Positions 48,652 through 62,930 are shown, numbered from the stretch's first letter. The stretch is DNA of 64,000 nt from Octopus sinensis (GCF_006345805.1 NC_043006.1:79360001-79424000); one strand, 5' to 3'. Numbers and translations are program-made. The notes: generated by a model not told the origin, from the letters alone.

Positions 48652-49806
48652 TATATATAGGCGCTTGCACACACATACACAGACAAGCTTCTTCCAGTTT
48701 TTGTCTACCAAACCTACTCACAAGGTTTTGATCAGGCCAGGACCAGAGTACAAGACACCTATATCGTCACACATATACTGATGCAGTTGGGGATAGCAAA
48801 TGACAAAGAGAAGTTGGTAAAGTATTCCAATGGACAAAAATAGACACAAAAAAAAAAAAAATAGAAAAAAATGTCACAGCTGTCACAAATCAATTAACAA
48901 AATTAAGAACCAGTTTTACAAATTATACTCAAATTACCTATCAGGAAAAGAGTGCAAATGTGAGTGCACAGAAGCATGTGGAGGGAGATGGCCTAACTAT
49001 ATAATTAAATCCACACTAAGGTTTCACACAGTGTTCTAATTAAATACAGGCAATCCTCAGTAAACACACGCATACATTTGTACACACACACACACACACA
49101 CACACACCACACACACACACACACTCATACATATGTAACAGATATTTGACACACTTTATCACAAGCGTGCAATTCAGCAATTTAATAATTACACACAGAA
49201 ATCACATAAAATAAACAAAAATTTTAGTTGAACGAATAAGATTTTTTTAATGTAAATGATAAGTTAAAACGATGGTCATTTAAATATTAAATTGGCTATA
49301 TGCAGCTTCAGTGTTCACTCCCACTGCATAGCACCTTCGACAAGTTTCTTCTATTATATGTAGCGTCGGGGGTAACCAAAACTTTGTGAGTGAATTTGGT
49401 AGACAGAAACTGAAAGACCATTGCGTGTGTATATGTGTGTCTTTATGTGTTTGCTCAGCTACAGGTGATGACAATTCTGTTATTTCTCCTGACAAACAGA
49501 TTGTTAGCTAGCTCTGGGCCTTTGAAGACATGGAATCAGATATACCTTAGCTGAAAAACAGGTAAAGGTTAGTCACCATAAGGGCAACCAACTGTAAAAA
49601 AAAAAATGCTTCAAGCCATACTAGTATTGAAAAACAGAGGTAAATATCAAACTAACGAGAAGAGTTAATTTGTGATCAATACTGGTTTCATAGTACTTTC
49701 ACAGCCTTTAATTAATGCATGGTCTTAATTAGTTGTCTCCTTATGTTTGATCTAAAATATACTCCTAGCAGTCAAAAGAACTGAGCATATATTAACATGA
49801 ATACAC

Positions 49807-49988
49807 AGGCATAGGAGTGGCTGTGTGGTAAGTAGCTTGCTTCCCAACCTCATGGTTTCAGGTTCAGTCCCACTGCATGGCACCTTGGGCAAGTGTCTTC
49901 TACTACAGCCTCGGGCTGACCAAAGCCTTGTAAGTGGATTTGGTAGACAGAAACTGAAAGAAGCCCGTTGTATATATGTATATATATA

Positions 49989-50042
<54 letters not shown>

Positions 50043-50320
50043 TCATCATCATCATCACTTAGCGTCCGCTTTCCATGCTAGCATGGGTTATATGTGTATA
50101 TATATATAATTATATATGTGTCTGTGTTTGTCCCCCCAACATCACTTGACAACCAATGCTGGTGTGGTTACATCCCCATAACTTAGCGGTTCGGCAAAAG
50201 AGACCGATAGAATAAGTACTAGGCTTACAAAGAATAAGTCCTGTGGTCGATTTGCTCGACTAAAAGGCAGTGCTCCAGCATGGTCACAGTCAAATGACTG
50301 AAACAAGTAAAAGAGTAAAG
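49807..50320 (+). mobile_element. SINE family A with an antisense RTE-tail stub (50041-50089) in its (TA)n
   Basis: (CAT)n CACTTAGCGTCCGCTTTCCATGCTAGCATGGGTT inside the internal TA tract. Confidence 0.88.
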
Positions 50321-50481
50321 AAATAAACCTAATTTATCCAGATACGTAACCTGGACAAGGGGAAGCATTTGTTTCCACAGTAGATTCCAGCCTCCACAAT
50401 CCCTGTCCACTGCTTGTAGAATCAGCCTTAAATACTTAGACATACCTAGAATAGCTTCTTTGAAATCATCTCTTCTACTCA

Positions 50482-51200
50482 GGTGCAGATGTGGCCATGT
50501 GGTTAAGAAGCTTGCTTGGCAATCATATCGTTTCAGGTTCAGTCCCACCATACAGCATCTTGGACAAGTGCCTTCTACCATAGCCTTGGGTTGATCAATA
50601 TCCTGTGAGTGGATTTGGTCAGTGAAAACTGTGTGGAAAGCCATTGTGTGTGTATGTTTTGCATGTGTGCAGCATGTATGTGCAGCATGTGTGTGTGCAC
50701 AGTATGTGTGTGTGCACAGTATGTGTGTGTGCACAGTATGTGTGTGTGCACAGTATGTGTGTGTGCACAGTATGTGTGTGTGCACAGTATGTGTGTGTGC
50801 ACAGTATGTGTGTATGCACAGTATGTGTGTGTGCACAGTATGTGTGTGTGCACAGTATGTGTGTGTGCACAGTATGTGTGTGTGCACAGTATGTGTGTGT
50901 GCACAGTATGTGTGTGTGCACAGTATGTGTGTGTGCACAGTATGTGTGTGTGCACAGTATGTGTGTGTGCACAGTATGTGTGTGTGCACAGTATGTGTGT
51001 GTGTGTGTCTGTGTCTGTCCCACCACCACACTGCCTGACAAATGGTGTTGTTGTTTTTTTCCTTTTTTATGTCCCAATAACTTAGCAGTTTGGCAAAAGA
51101 GACCAATGGAATAAGTACCAGACTGATCTGTTTGACTAAAACCCTTCAAAGTGGTGCCCCAGCATGGTCGCAATCCAAAGACTGAAACAAGTAAAAGATA
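50482..51200 (+). mobile_element. Older family A SINE containing a minisatellite
   Basis: Head 50482-50645; tail 51010-51200. Confidence 0.8.
50690..51000. repeat. 17-bp minisatellite (AGTATGTGTGTGTGCAC)n, about 18 units
   Basis: Read directly; explains the 17-aa periodic ORFs. Confidence 0.95.
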
Positions 51201-51449
51201 CTCAGCTCAGATAAACACAGACAAATAGTCACACCCTTAATAACCACATTAGTCCCAAACACTATAATGGAGTGCATACCACCAATAACGAGTGCAGAGA
51301 AACAGCAATTGGCAAGTACTCAGGCTCCCACCAGAATCAACAGAGATGTACAGAAATATAGACTGGACAGTAGAGAGAATACATGACCAAATTCTAACAC
51401 TGCATTCCTTACAATGGTTGCTTGCTGGCTTGCTTTATGCTGTTGCTTG

Positions 51450-51650
51450 TTGGGGTCATCCCAGGTTAGTAGTCCCAGAAGTGTCACCATATGTAGAGTG
51501 GACTAGGTTCACTAGTACTCTTCATTGCTGGCAGTCCCATGCCAGCCCCTCCGCATCCTCCAAGGTGATGTTGAGCTTCTGGAGATGTTCCTTAATCATG
51601 TCCAGCCATCTGGTGTGGTGCCTACCACAAGGCCTCTTGCTGTGTCAAAC
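51450..51650 (-). mobile_element. RTE LINE ORF C-terminal fragment
   Basis: Minus-strand translation KRPCGRHHTRWLDMIKEHLQKLNITLEDAEGLAWDCQQ*RVLV matches the RTE terminal KRPRGRP..RW.D.I..D......A.DR..WR pattern. Confidence 0.7.
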
Positions 51651-52353
51651 AAGAGTAAAGTCCTAGTAAGATGATCTAGCAGGTGACAGCTACAACAATT
51701 TCAATGGTTAGTCCACATTACTCTGTAAGGAGCCTAGAGCAGATTTCCTGGTTTCTCTGTGGAGGTGCATGGCTTAGTTGTTAGAGTGTTGGATTCATGA
51801 TCATAAGATTATAGTTTCAAATCTTGGATCAGGCAATGCAGTGTGTTCTTGAGCAAAACACTCCATTTCACATTATTCCAGATCACACAGCTAGTAAAAA
51901 TATGTAACCCTGCGAAGAAATATATACTTCTTACAGTACACTACTGAATATAGAAATTGATTTTCACATAAGCAGTGGAATGGTATGTCTAAAACATCTA
52001 AAACTACAATTCCTAACCCGGAAGAAAGTTCCCTTAGGGATGTAATTTCAAGATTTCACAGGAAAATAATTTGGGGATGTCAGTGGGGTAATGGGTTTTA
52101 GAATGAAAAATTCTTTACCATTAGTCATAGTTTTCACAATATTTAGTCTCCATAAATCTAGAGACTTCCTGTTTTAAAATGATGTAAATTAAAACTTATT
52201 AAAATATCATGTTACTTTATGTTCCATGCATCAGCTTAATATTGACAAAGTTACTTTGCTATATTCCTCATTATTTTCTAATCTAAATTAATTGAAAGCA
52301 ATGTAATATATTTCAACGGAAATATGAAAGAAAAAGGATTAATGTTGATTTAA

Positions 52354-52574
52354 CCCTTTAGCATTTAAACCGGCCATATCCGGCCAAAAGTATTCTGTCT
52401 GTTTTATGGTCAAACTGGCCAGATCTGGTCTCTCACACCAACCCTACAATATGGTTTTAAAAATTAACAGCTACCTCATTAAAATCTCATAGCTACAAGA
52501 TAACGTGTGATTACTTCAAAACAATATGGATAAAAAAGCATTAATTTTGGCAGAATAATGCGAACACTAAAGGG
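52354..52574. mobile_element. piggyBac-type MITE
   Basis: TTAA TSD at 52350-52353 and 52575-52578; CCCTTTAG / CTAAAGGG termini. Confidence 0.9.
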
Positions 52575-52621
52575 TTAAGATGCTAATGTTAGAATAATAT
52601 AAGACTTATTAACATTATGTA

Positions 52622-52838
52622 TGGTGGGTGCTGAAAAGTTCCTGGCTTTGGATAAAATAAAAAACAAGAGGATCAGTTAATTATGATTTTATTCAACATA
52701 TTCCACTCTCAGATTCACACACTTACTGCAGCAGTCCTTCATTTTTTTCTGAGCCCTGCAAAAGAACTCAGAAGGTTGGGCCTCCAACCAAGCCTTTCAC
52801 AATACACTTAAAACCAGGAACTTTTCATAAATCCCTCA
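52622..52838 (-). mobile_element. Mariner-derived MITE
   Basis: TA flanks; TIR core TGAAAAGTTCCTGG.TTT / AAA.CCAGGAACTTTTCA; the minus strand retains KAWLEAQPSEFF...KCVNLRVEYVE*, a mariner-type C-terminus. Confidence 0.8.
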
Positions 52839-52941
52839 TAATAAATAGTCTTGCATATAAAACTACTTTTTTATCAATTTTTATCATAGGTAACAGGAAA
52901 ATAGGACAGGAAAAAAGAAAAAAGGGAACTGTGATCTAGAT

Positions 52942-53544
52942 CAGGGGTTCTCAACCATTTTTTATCTATGAACCCCTTTGGTTACTATTTCATTCTGGTG
53001 GACCCCATCGCTATTTGATGTTTAAAAACTAGTTTTATAGATACTTCCTTCAAAATTTCTATTTTATTTTTTTACACATTAACTTGTGTAGGTTCGACTA
53101 TGTAAAATGTTAGAGAAAGAAATTTAGCTGTTTCTTGCAATACATACAAATACATACATCATCATCATCATTTAACATCCGTTTTCTATGCTAGCATGGG
53201 TTGGACGGTTTGACCGGGATTTGGGAAGCCAAAAGGCTGCACCAGGCTCCAGTCTGATCTGGCAGTGTTTCTACAGCTGGATGCCCTTCCTAAACGCCAA
53301 CCACTCCGTGAGTGTAGTGGGTGCTTTTTACGTGCCACCAGCACAGGTGCCAGGCGAGGCTGGCAACGGCCACGATTGGTTGGTGCTTCTTATGTGCCAC
53401 CAGCACGGACACCTAAAGCAAAAAATTTTCAGGGGCCCTTAAAACGCTACTGTCGCTCCCCAAATTTACTATTTTGTTCCGTGGACCCTGCAAAATCCTA
53501 AATGGACCTACAGGAGCCATATGGACCCTGGATGAGAACCACTG
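52942..53544. mobile_element. hAT (Charlie-like) MITE with a nested antisense RTE tail (about 53157-53410)
   Basis: TIRs CAGGGGTTCTCAACC / GGATGAGAACCACTG; flanks ATCTAGAT / AACTAAAT (6/8 match, NTCTAGAN-type target). A related 5' fragment lies at about 16033-16108. Confidence 0.8.
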
Positions 53545-54928
53545 AACTAAATAGAACAAAAGATCTGTGGGTTGCACCTAACTGTTTGGCCAAATACCTA
53601 AGCACCTATGTATCAATTTGATCATTGCTAATCAGAGAGACCATTCTACAACAAACATCTCATGATGGGCTAATGGTGCTTCAGCAGTTTAATAAGGATT
53701 AGAACTATGAACCATGACCTATCTACAGCAGTTACCTTCTGCACATTCATATCTATTTATCATACTCATGATCATCATTTAATGTCCACTTTCCATATTT
53801 TCTATGGCCAGTTGTCCTTCTGTCATCACTTCTCCACTCTTTCTAAGCAAGGTAACATTCCTCAGGGCCAGAAGAAGACTGGAAATATCACTTGCATGGT
53901 GGTGCTGGTTGTTTACAACTATCATGTGAGTACACACACACACACATATTGACAAAGGGCTTCTTTCAGTTTCCATTTACCAAATTCACTCACAAGGCTT
54001 TGATCAACCTGAGACTATAATAGAAGACACTTACCTACACTTAAAACCAAATGATGGTGATTCTTATTAGTAATATGACCTTTGTTAATTCCCAAGGTAT
54101 TGGACACTGGCTGAGGTCAAACCACTCATCTCTACTGCCACCATGACCTAACCTACAGGCTTACATAATAAGCCAGCTGGATCTGCCAACAGGCATAACA
54201 TAACCTCTCTACCACACAGCATTCCGACAATCAATGACTGCATGTTAACATGTAAAGTGTTGATCCAGACAAGGCTGAGCCAGGTTGCTCCTAAGTATTA
54301 TTTGATCTGTTTATCTTTTACTATCTCTTTATCATCAGCTTAGTTCAAGTGGTGACTTGAGTTACTCGACTAGAAAATCATCTTATAAGATAAAAGATGG
54401 AGTTTGTTTGGGTTATTTATGTGTAGAGGAGGTGGGGTGTTTTACAAGAAATCATGTGTTAAAACAGATGTTGTGCCTTGAGAGGGTCATTTTGCCAATA
54501 AAAATACATACACTGGCAATATTTCATTTCTTTTTATTATCTGGCAAAATCATTAGAGCATCAGACAAAATGTTTTGCAATCTTTCTCCAGACTCTTTAC
54601 ATTCTGAGCTCAAATCCTGCCGAGGTCAACTATGCCTTTCATCCCTATGAAATAAAATTTTTTAAATCCTTACTTGAAAACAAGAAGGGTTGGTGACAGG
54701 AGGTGCATCAAGGCTGTAAAAAATTCCTGTCTCAAAACCACACCCCTATTTCAACCATGCTACTGTGAAAGAAAAAGTGGACATTGAATGAACAAATAAG
54801 TGGAGCCTTTTTTATTACAAACTGTATGAATTGCAAACCCTATATTTTTCACTTACACAACTTAAATCTTTTCTAACTTGAAGATTTACTATTACAGAAG
54901 TTTAGAAGAGATATTAGGAGACAAATAT

Positions 54929-55440
54929 TGTGTAAAAAAGTGCCTATCTCTAACTGTGGAGGGAACCTATGGTAGAGGTAGACCAGGAAGACATTGGACA
55001 AGGTGAAGCATGATCTTCGATCTTTGAGCCTCACAGAGGTAATGACTAGTGACCAAGACCGTCAGTGATGGGTTATGATTGAGAGGACCCATCAAGCCAA
55101 TTGAAATCATAGTTGTGGTAACTGGCAACCCGTGCTGGTGGCACATAAGCACCTTTCAAGTGTTGGGCCTCACAGAGGCAATGCCCGAGACCTTTGGTAT
55201 TATGTCGTGCTTGAGAAGAAGACCCATCAAGCTGAGTCATGGCAGATACTGGTGTCATGCCAGTGGCATGTAAAAACACCCATTACACTCTCGGAGTGGT
55301 TGGCATTAGGAAAGGTATCCAACCACAGAAAACCATGCCGAGCCAGACTGGAGTCTGGTGCAGCTTTCCAGCATGCTAGCCCAGTCAAACCATCCAACCC
55401 ATGCTAGCGTGGACAATGCATGTTAAATGATGATGATGAT
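54929..55440 (+). mobile_element. RTE LINE 3' end: ORF terminus plus family D 3' UTR
   Basis: CVKKCLSLTVEGTYGRGRP(frameshift)..W..VKHDLRSLSLTEVMTSDQD, then an internally duplicated UTR and a (GAT)n tail. This links family D tails to RTE. Confidence 0.85.
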
Positions 55441-57019
55441 ATATATATATATATACATACATACATATATATATACATACATACATATATATATACATAT
55501 ATATATACAGTGGATGTTTCATACCATTATGAAAATATAATTAGAAAGTGTCTTGTGTTAAGTCATTATTCTTAAATTCTGTTTCTCCAAGTGATAACTA
55601 AAATATTTTTAAAAAGGCAGCATATAAGCATTCCCATTTAAAAACAGAATAAAATAAAACAGGGTCTTGTTTGGATTAGCACATCAGTATGGTTATACCT
55701 TATAACAAACATTCTCTCTCCTATAAAAGAAATGCAAATAGGCTAATTGGATTGACCTACATAAAACAGGGTTAATGCCAAGCAGATGTTGGCCTATATC
55801 AGAAATAGGGTTAACGCCATACAGATGTTTAGAATAAAGAGGGATGGGGAGGAGGTAAAAAAAGAACAGAATGGTTATGATAATGATAATAACTACAAGA
55901 GGGAGAGAGAGGGAGACAAACAGACAGATAGAGACAGAGAGAGACAGAAGAATAGTTCTTTGGGAGTTGAGCCAATGTAGAAATTAAACAGCGTTGGAAA
56001 GAGATAGATGAAGCAGAGATACAGGGTGGTGGGAGAAAAAGATATTTAATATGTGAGGAAATCAGACAAAGCCATACATTATAGATTCTGAAAAAAAATT
56101 CTCTACAAAAAAAAAAAAACATTATAATTCAAGAAATCAAAATAAGCCACTGCAAGGACAACGCCTTAAATTTTGGAAACATTATTCCATTTTTGACCAA
56201 GACCCCTAAACCAAAATTTACAACATTTGAAGCCAAAACAAAGTATAGATTAAGATAACTAAAGTAAATATTAAGACGAACTTAGGGGTCAAACATTTGC
56301 GAAATTGATCAGAGACAGGGTAGTTTGTTGTTGTTGTTGTTGTTACAGTTGTTGTTGCTTTTCGTGTGGGAGAGAGAGAGAGAGCAAAGGGTTGTTTTGT
56401 TGAAGAATGAGAAGGATGGGAGGGCTGAGCGGGGTTAGATAGATTTTTAATATTGTTTTACAGGAAACATATGTGATATGGAAATCTGAAGATATGCCGA
56501 TACAGAGTCAAGACAAAAGTATTTTTAATGAAGGTGTGTCACAAAACAGGAACAAGAGAAAGATAAACAGAAAATATTGTGATTCAAGATTTTTATGCGA
56601 TGCAAAAATCTGGCTTTGCAATTTTCCTCGAAATGACACTGCGCATTTATTTGTACATGTGAACTGAAACTGTAACAATGTACTATTAAACTGGTAGTGT
56701 TAGTATGCCTCTGATGGCTAGAGTACAGGTTCACATTCCATATAAGAGACACAAGTATGCTTTAAAACAGATTATTAGGAAAGAGGATTTCCAAAATTGG
56801 AAACAAATTTTAATTGCATTCCACTTAATTTCTATAGAAACCAAAGATAAGATCTAGATTCATTAGTCATCAACTTTTCATGTTTTGCTAGTTACTTGGT
56901 GACCTCACACGTGTCAGTGGCATGCAAAAAAAGCACCCAGTACACTCTGTAAAGTGGTTGGCGTTAGGAAGGACATCCAACCACAGAAATCATACAAAAG
57001 CCGACACTAGAGATTTATG

Positions 57020-57201
57020 ACTGACTTGACTTGAGAGCATTCACCTGGGGTGGAGTGAGCTGGCTTCATTCATCCTCAATGCTGCATCTCTCACAAACAC
57101 CGACCAGGCCTGGCAATTTGAGGCTAACAATCACGTGATCTCCAACCGCCATAGATATGGGGTCCTAGGTTGGGTTCCAGATCAACCTTGACTGTCATCA
57201 G
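57020..57201 (-). mobile_element. Degenerate RTE LINE 3' end (different lineage)
   Basis: Minus strand LMTVKVDLEPNLGPHIYG..., ending in a (CAAGT)n-like tail. Confidence 0.5.
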
Positions 57202-57611
57202 CTAGAGATTTACATATCCTTGTGGCTCACTAGATCCTGTCAAATTCTTCCACCCAGGCCAGCATGGAAGACAGTCATTAAATGGTGGTGATGATGATGA
57301 TGATGATGATGATGACAATGATGATGATAACGATGATGACGATGACAATGATGATGGTGATGATAATGACAATAATGACAACATGTCTCATCATCCCTTT
57401 CAGTGTGACAGAGAACGTAACAAGGCCGGCCCTTTTGAATTACAGGTATATCTCATATTTGCCAGCTGAGTGGACTAGGAAAATGTGAAATAAAGTGCCT
57501 TGCTCAAGAAAACAATGTCCTGCTGGGTATCTGTTATGATGTGGTGTTCTCCACAGTTAGAAAGTGAAGGGCTTAAATAAAGTAGTAAATATGATTGCTA
57601 AATGAAAGTGT

Positions 57612-58175
57612 CTGGTTTAGTGGTTAGAGTGTTGGACTCATGATCATAAGATTGTGGTTTCGATTCTTGGACTGGGTGAGACATTGAATTCTTGAGCAAA
57701 ACACTTCATTTTACAATTGCTCAAGTCAACTCAGCTGGTAAAAATGGGTATTCCTGCAACAGACCAGCATCCAATCCAGAGGGGAAATATATACATCACA
57801 GAATCCAAGAAACCAGCTCTGTTTGTTTGTTTGTTCCTTCTCGAGCCATGCCTGGCTCATAAGGGCTGGTTTCCTGGTTTCCTTGGCGTATAGGTTCCCC
57901 ACCTGGACGGGACGCTGGTCCGTCGCAGGTGAGCTGCAAGATGCAGGAGGAAAGAGTGAGAGAAAGTTGTGGCGAAAAAGTCAGCAGAAGTTCGCCATTA
58001 CCTTCTGCCGGAGCCGTGTGGAGCTTAGGTGTTTCACTCATAAACACACACATCGCCCGGTCTGAGATTCGAACCTGCGATCCCTCGATCGCGAGTCATC
58101 TGCTTTAACGACTAAGCCATGTGCCTCAACCAAACCAGCTCTGTGAGTCTCTATGACTCAAGAAGAAGCTTTATT
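57612..58175 (+). mobile_element. SINE family H (CORE-like body plus V-like 3' block), split by a family F insertion
   Basis: TTAGTGGTTAGAG head, TTCTTGAGCAAAACACTT...GTAAAAATGGGTA, CCTGCAACAGACCAGCATCC; a related copy lies at about 51760-51915. Confidence 0.65.
57823..58131 (-). mobile_element. Full-length SINE family F
   Basis: 13-bp TSD AAACCAGCTCTGT at 57810-57822 and 58132-58144; paralog of 7267-7570. Confidence 0.92.
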
Positions 58176-58589
58176 CATAATCCTTTGGCTGCTAAAACAT
58201 GTAGGCATGAAACATAAAGAAGGAATAGTTTTAATATCAAAATTAATTTCACTGATGAAGAAGACCACTGCTAGTTTCTTTGAGCTCTAGTTTTTATTTA
58301 ATGTTCTATAAAAGTTAAAATATTTATGCCCCAATTTCTGCAGAATTATGAAAAATGAAACAGATGAGTAATCGTTTCTCAGTAGAGGTGAACGATTCCT
58401 ATTATCTGGGTTAGTGATTCTCAATATTTTCGATGTCATGGCACACTGAAGATCAAGTGAATAAAAGTTACTGATGCATTTCGTAAGGAAAGATAAGAAT
58501 TATTGGTTGTACTTAGTATTGAAAGTTTAATATAACATTTTTGTATGGAATTTTTTTATTTTTTAAATGTTCTCAATTAAAAATTATTT

Positions 58590-58980
58590 TCTTTTCTATT
58601 CTAGGCATAAGGCCCAAAATTTTTGGGGAGGGGTGTCAGTCGATTAGATCAACCCTAGTACGCAACTAGTACTTAATTTATCAACCCCGAAAGGATGAAG
58701 GGCAAAGTCAGCCTCAACCGAATTTTATGTCAGAACATAAAGACAGACGAAATACCTATTTCTTTATTACCCACAAGGAGCTAAACATAGACGGGACAAA
58801 CAAAGACAGACATAGGTATTAAGCCAATTACATCGACCCCAGTGCATAACTGGTACTTAATTTATCGACCCCAAAAGAATGAAAGGCAAAGTCGACCTCG
58901 GCGGAATTTGAACTCACAACGATGATATACCACTAAGCATTTCGCCCAGCATGCTAACATTTCTGCCAGCTCGCCGCCTT
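58590..58980 (-). mobile_element. Tandem or nested family C SINEs
   Basis: Two GAAAG(G/A)ATGAA.GGCAAAGTC blocks; the C2-type tail begins at 58757. Confidence 0.8.
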
Positions 58981-59665
58981 TTAAAAATTGTATTAAAAGA
59001 AAAAAAACCTATTGTGTGCCTTGTTTTAATCATCAGTTTCCTTTGACCAAATTCCCTCACAATGCCTTGTGAGTGAAACTGAAAGAAGCCATGTGTGTGT
59101 GTGTGTGTGTGTTTGTATGAATGTGTGTGTGAGAGTCAGTGTGAATATTTGCAATCAGCTTAAAGTTGAGAATACAAATCAGTTAAAGTTGCTAAAGTGT
59201 TAAGCAAAATGAGCCAACACAGAATCATGTGTAACAAACACACAAACATGCGTAAAAAAATAACATTTTTTTTAAGGTGCTCAAGAATTAGAATGGACAT
59301 TTTTTTAAACCCCATCTCATCATCATCATTTAATGCTCACTTTTCTATGCTTCAGATGAAATTTGTTAAGGGAGATTTTCTATGGTCAGATGCCCTTCCT
59401 GTTACCAAGAAGCCCCCCACACACACACACACCGGCCACCCAAAACAAAATCTGCAGCAATGCAGAACATGATTTGAGAACCAGTGTTTTAGGTCCTAAT
59501 TTCAGTAATTCTCAGTCTCTGGCACCACTACATTGGTGATATTCCTGAGTGTCTTCTATGGGAATAATGAAATGCCTTCATTCAGATCTAACATAAATTG
59601 AAAAATGGCTTGAGGGTTTCCAGCTGTGATGACTTCAAATTCTGCACTTGCAATTGAGAAAAAGC

Positions 59666-59753
<88 letters not shown>

Positions 59754-60329
59754 AATACACAAAGCACACACGCACAGTGCCAATTTTGCCACTTTTCATA
59801 GCATACTATGATCATTTTAACATATATTTTTCTCTGCTAGATTAAGTTTGAATGGTCGGCAATATAACAAAATCTCCCTAACTAATTAATAAATCATTTC
59901 TAAGATAATTGTGGTAATAATGATGCTGCAGCTGATGATGATAATGATGAGATAATATTTGGGGGGGGACATGCCATAACAAGTGCATTAAGTACTAATT
60001 AATCAAAGTACACGTGTGTGTGTGTGTGTGTGTGTGTCTGTGTGTGCGTGCGTGTGTGTGTGTATGATTCATTCATGAAAGAGCATTAGCTTTTAATCTT
60101 AACAAAATCCAAACTTGTAAGTAATCTATCTGAAAGATTTTTATCAGCAATTATTAATCAAGTACGAATTTAAGTTTAACCCATAAGCTTTGTCAGTGCA
60201 AATAAGTCATGTAACGCTATTTCCTTAAATATATCAAAAGTAAGTGACAGAACCAGGAAGGTGGTGAAGGGGTAGACTGAACTTAACATTGCATTGAATC
60301 TTATCTATTTATTTACTATCGTTGGTGAA

Positions 60330-60777
60330 ATGCTGTGCTTGAGAAAACCCATTAAGCCAAGTGAAATCGTAATCATGGCCAATGATGATGTCACGTAACT
60401 GTCATGTAAAAAGAACCTTTCGAGTGCTGGGTGTCACCGAGGCAAAGTGGCCGATGCCGGTGGCATGTAAAAAGCTCCCTTCAAGTGTTGGAGCCTCGCG
60501 GAGGCAATGACAAATTACAGAGACCTTTCGCATTATGTCGTGCTTGAGAAGAAGACCCATCAGGCCAAGTAAAATCGCAGTTGTAGCAGATACTGGTGTC
60601 GCACAAATGGCACCCATGCTGGTGGCATGTAGAAATACCCATTACACCCTCGGAGTGGTTGGCATTAGGAAGGGCATCCAGCCATAGAAACCATGCCAAA
60701 TCAGACTGGAGTCCGGTGCAGCGTTCCAGCTTGCCAACCATGGTCAAACCATCCAACCCATGCCAGCATGGACAACA

Positions 60778-60810
<33 letters not shown>
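60330..60810 (+). mobile_element. RTE 3' UTR (family D) with internal duplication
   Basis: GTGCTTGAGAA block twice, GGAAGGGCATCCAG block, (GAT)n tail. Confidence 0.8.
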
Positions 60811-61019
60811 AGTAACCCTTTAGTATCTATGCCAAATATTCTGCCGTTTTTTTATGCTCAAACTGTGCAGATCCAAATCCAGAATCCAACACCTACCCTA
60901 CAATATCAAAAATGAACGATTACATCATTGAAATCTCAAAGCTATGAGATTATGCATGATTAATTCAAAATAAAGTGAATAAAGAAGTATTACATTTGAC
61001 AGAATGATCTGGTTGCTAA

Positions 61020-61378
61020 CAGGAGTGGCTGTGTGGTAAGTTGTCTGCTTACCAACCATATGGTTCCGGGTTCAGTCCCACTGCGTGGCACCTTGGGCAA
61101 GTGTCTTCTGCTATAGTCTCAGGCCTTGTGAGTGGATTTGGCAGACGGAAACTGAAAGGAGTCCGCCCCGTGTGTGTGTGTGTGTGTGTCTCCCCAACAT
61201 CGCTTGACAACCGATGCTGGCGTTTACGTTCCCGTAACTTAGCAGTTTGGGAAAAGAGACCGATAGAATAAGTACTAGGCTTACAAAGAATAAGTCCTGG
61301 GGTTGATTTGCTCAACTAAAGGTGGTGCTCCAGCATGGCAGCAGTTAAATGACTGAAACAAGTAGAAGAGTAAAAGAG
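61020..61378 (+). mobile_element. SINE family A
   Basis: Complete head, body and tail. Confidence 0.88.
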
Positions 61379-62930
61379 AGAAGCTTTATGATATGACACT
61401 GGACTGTCAGGTGCATAACTTGACCATCAGGTACATAACTATTTGGATGGGTGAGGATCGTGCAGATATGTGTGAATGTGTGAGTGTGAACAGGCTCAGA
61501 ACTCAGCCCATCATCAAAAAATAAGAAAAAATAAAGACATAAAAGAAGGGTTGGGCTCAAGAAGGGGATCCAGTATACGAAATCTTACCCAAGTAGACAT
61601 CAGAACAGAATGAGGTCTTCAGACCTTATCTAACCCATGCAAACATGGAACATTGATGTTCAACAATGATGATGACGTCTTTAATAAAAATGACAGAAGT
61701 TTAACATAAAGGAAAACATTTTTATTTTTAAATATTTTTTTGTTATTCATATAAAGTAATTTCTAAAGAGAATTGTAAATGCATCTCTCTATGGTGGGAA
61801 AAACAACTTTCAATTGCCTTCATTGTTGCAACTTGCTAAAAAAATGCTGCAGTACTTGTAAAGAGCTATAAAAGTCAAATCTGAATTGATATCATGACTT
61901 TTGAGAATAGACAATATTTCCCACTAGATTTGATTAGTCTTGGCTCATGGGACATGTCTGTCCCAGAAGTCTTGAAAGGGTTAAGACAAAAAATAAACGT
62001 AATTTTCTTTCTTTCTTTCTTTTCTTTTACTTCTTTCAGTCAATTGACTGCAGCCATGCTGGAGCACCACCTTTAGTCCAGCAAATCAACCCCAGGAATT
62101 TCAGGCCCTTAGCCTATAGTAGAAAGGATTATTATGATCATTATCATTATTATTATTATTCTTAAATCTTCTGTATCTTTATGTTCTGAGTTCAAACTCC
62201 ACTGAGGTTAATTCTGCCTTTCATCTTTTCAGGGTCAATAAATTAAGTACCAGTTATGTTTTGGGGTCGATCTAATCGACTGGCCCCCACCTCCTCAAAA
62301 ATTTCAGGCCTTGTACCTATAATAGAAAGGATTATTATTGTTGTTATTTTCCCTTTTTTCCCTCCCAAGAGGAAAAAGTAAAAGAAATAAAAATCTATTT
62401 GAAGTTAACTAGTAAAATACCAAGCAATATCTGACACCCGGTCCCTGGCTAGATCCTACCCCAGCCTCTTTATCTACCATCTAGACTACCCCAAGTCTGT
62501 AGTTTGTTTAAAAAGTAAGTGTGACTCAATAACATTCACTGACGGTTAAATGTGATTCCAATCTGTAAACACAGTTCAAAAGTATTTTAAAAAAAAGAAA
62601 AAGGCTTCACTCAAGGCACCAGGTCTGGATTTCCGATTAAACAAATTCTAAAGAATTCACGCAATCAGCTAAAAGATCTTGAATACAGTGCATATCTGAT
62701 TTAAGAGACGACAGGAAATATATATATAGAGAGAGAGAGAGAACGACGGATGTTAACTGTTTCACAAACTTCAAGGGCCAAATAAATATGAACAGTATAT
62801 TCTATCCTACCAGAATCAATAAAATTCATTACCAGTAATATACTTGGGTTTACATCAGTAGATTTTAACAGAGTATCGCAACAATGTGGAGGTGGTGTAT
62901 ACAGTAGTTAGGGGTGTCACGAGGTTTTAA

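Noticed and set aside
50225-51173. Overlapping His/Thr/Cys-rich ORFs up to 293 aa
   Set aside because: Produced by the 17-bp minisatellite and SINE sequence, open in all frames.
56464-56533. Candidate exon between TTTTACAG and GTGTGT
   Set aside because: Splice-like motifs are common in AT-rich DNA; the peptide is unrecognised.
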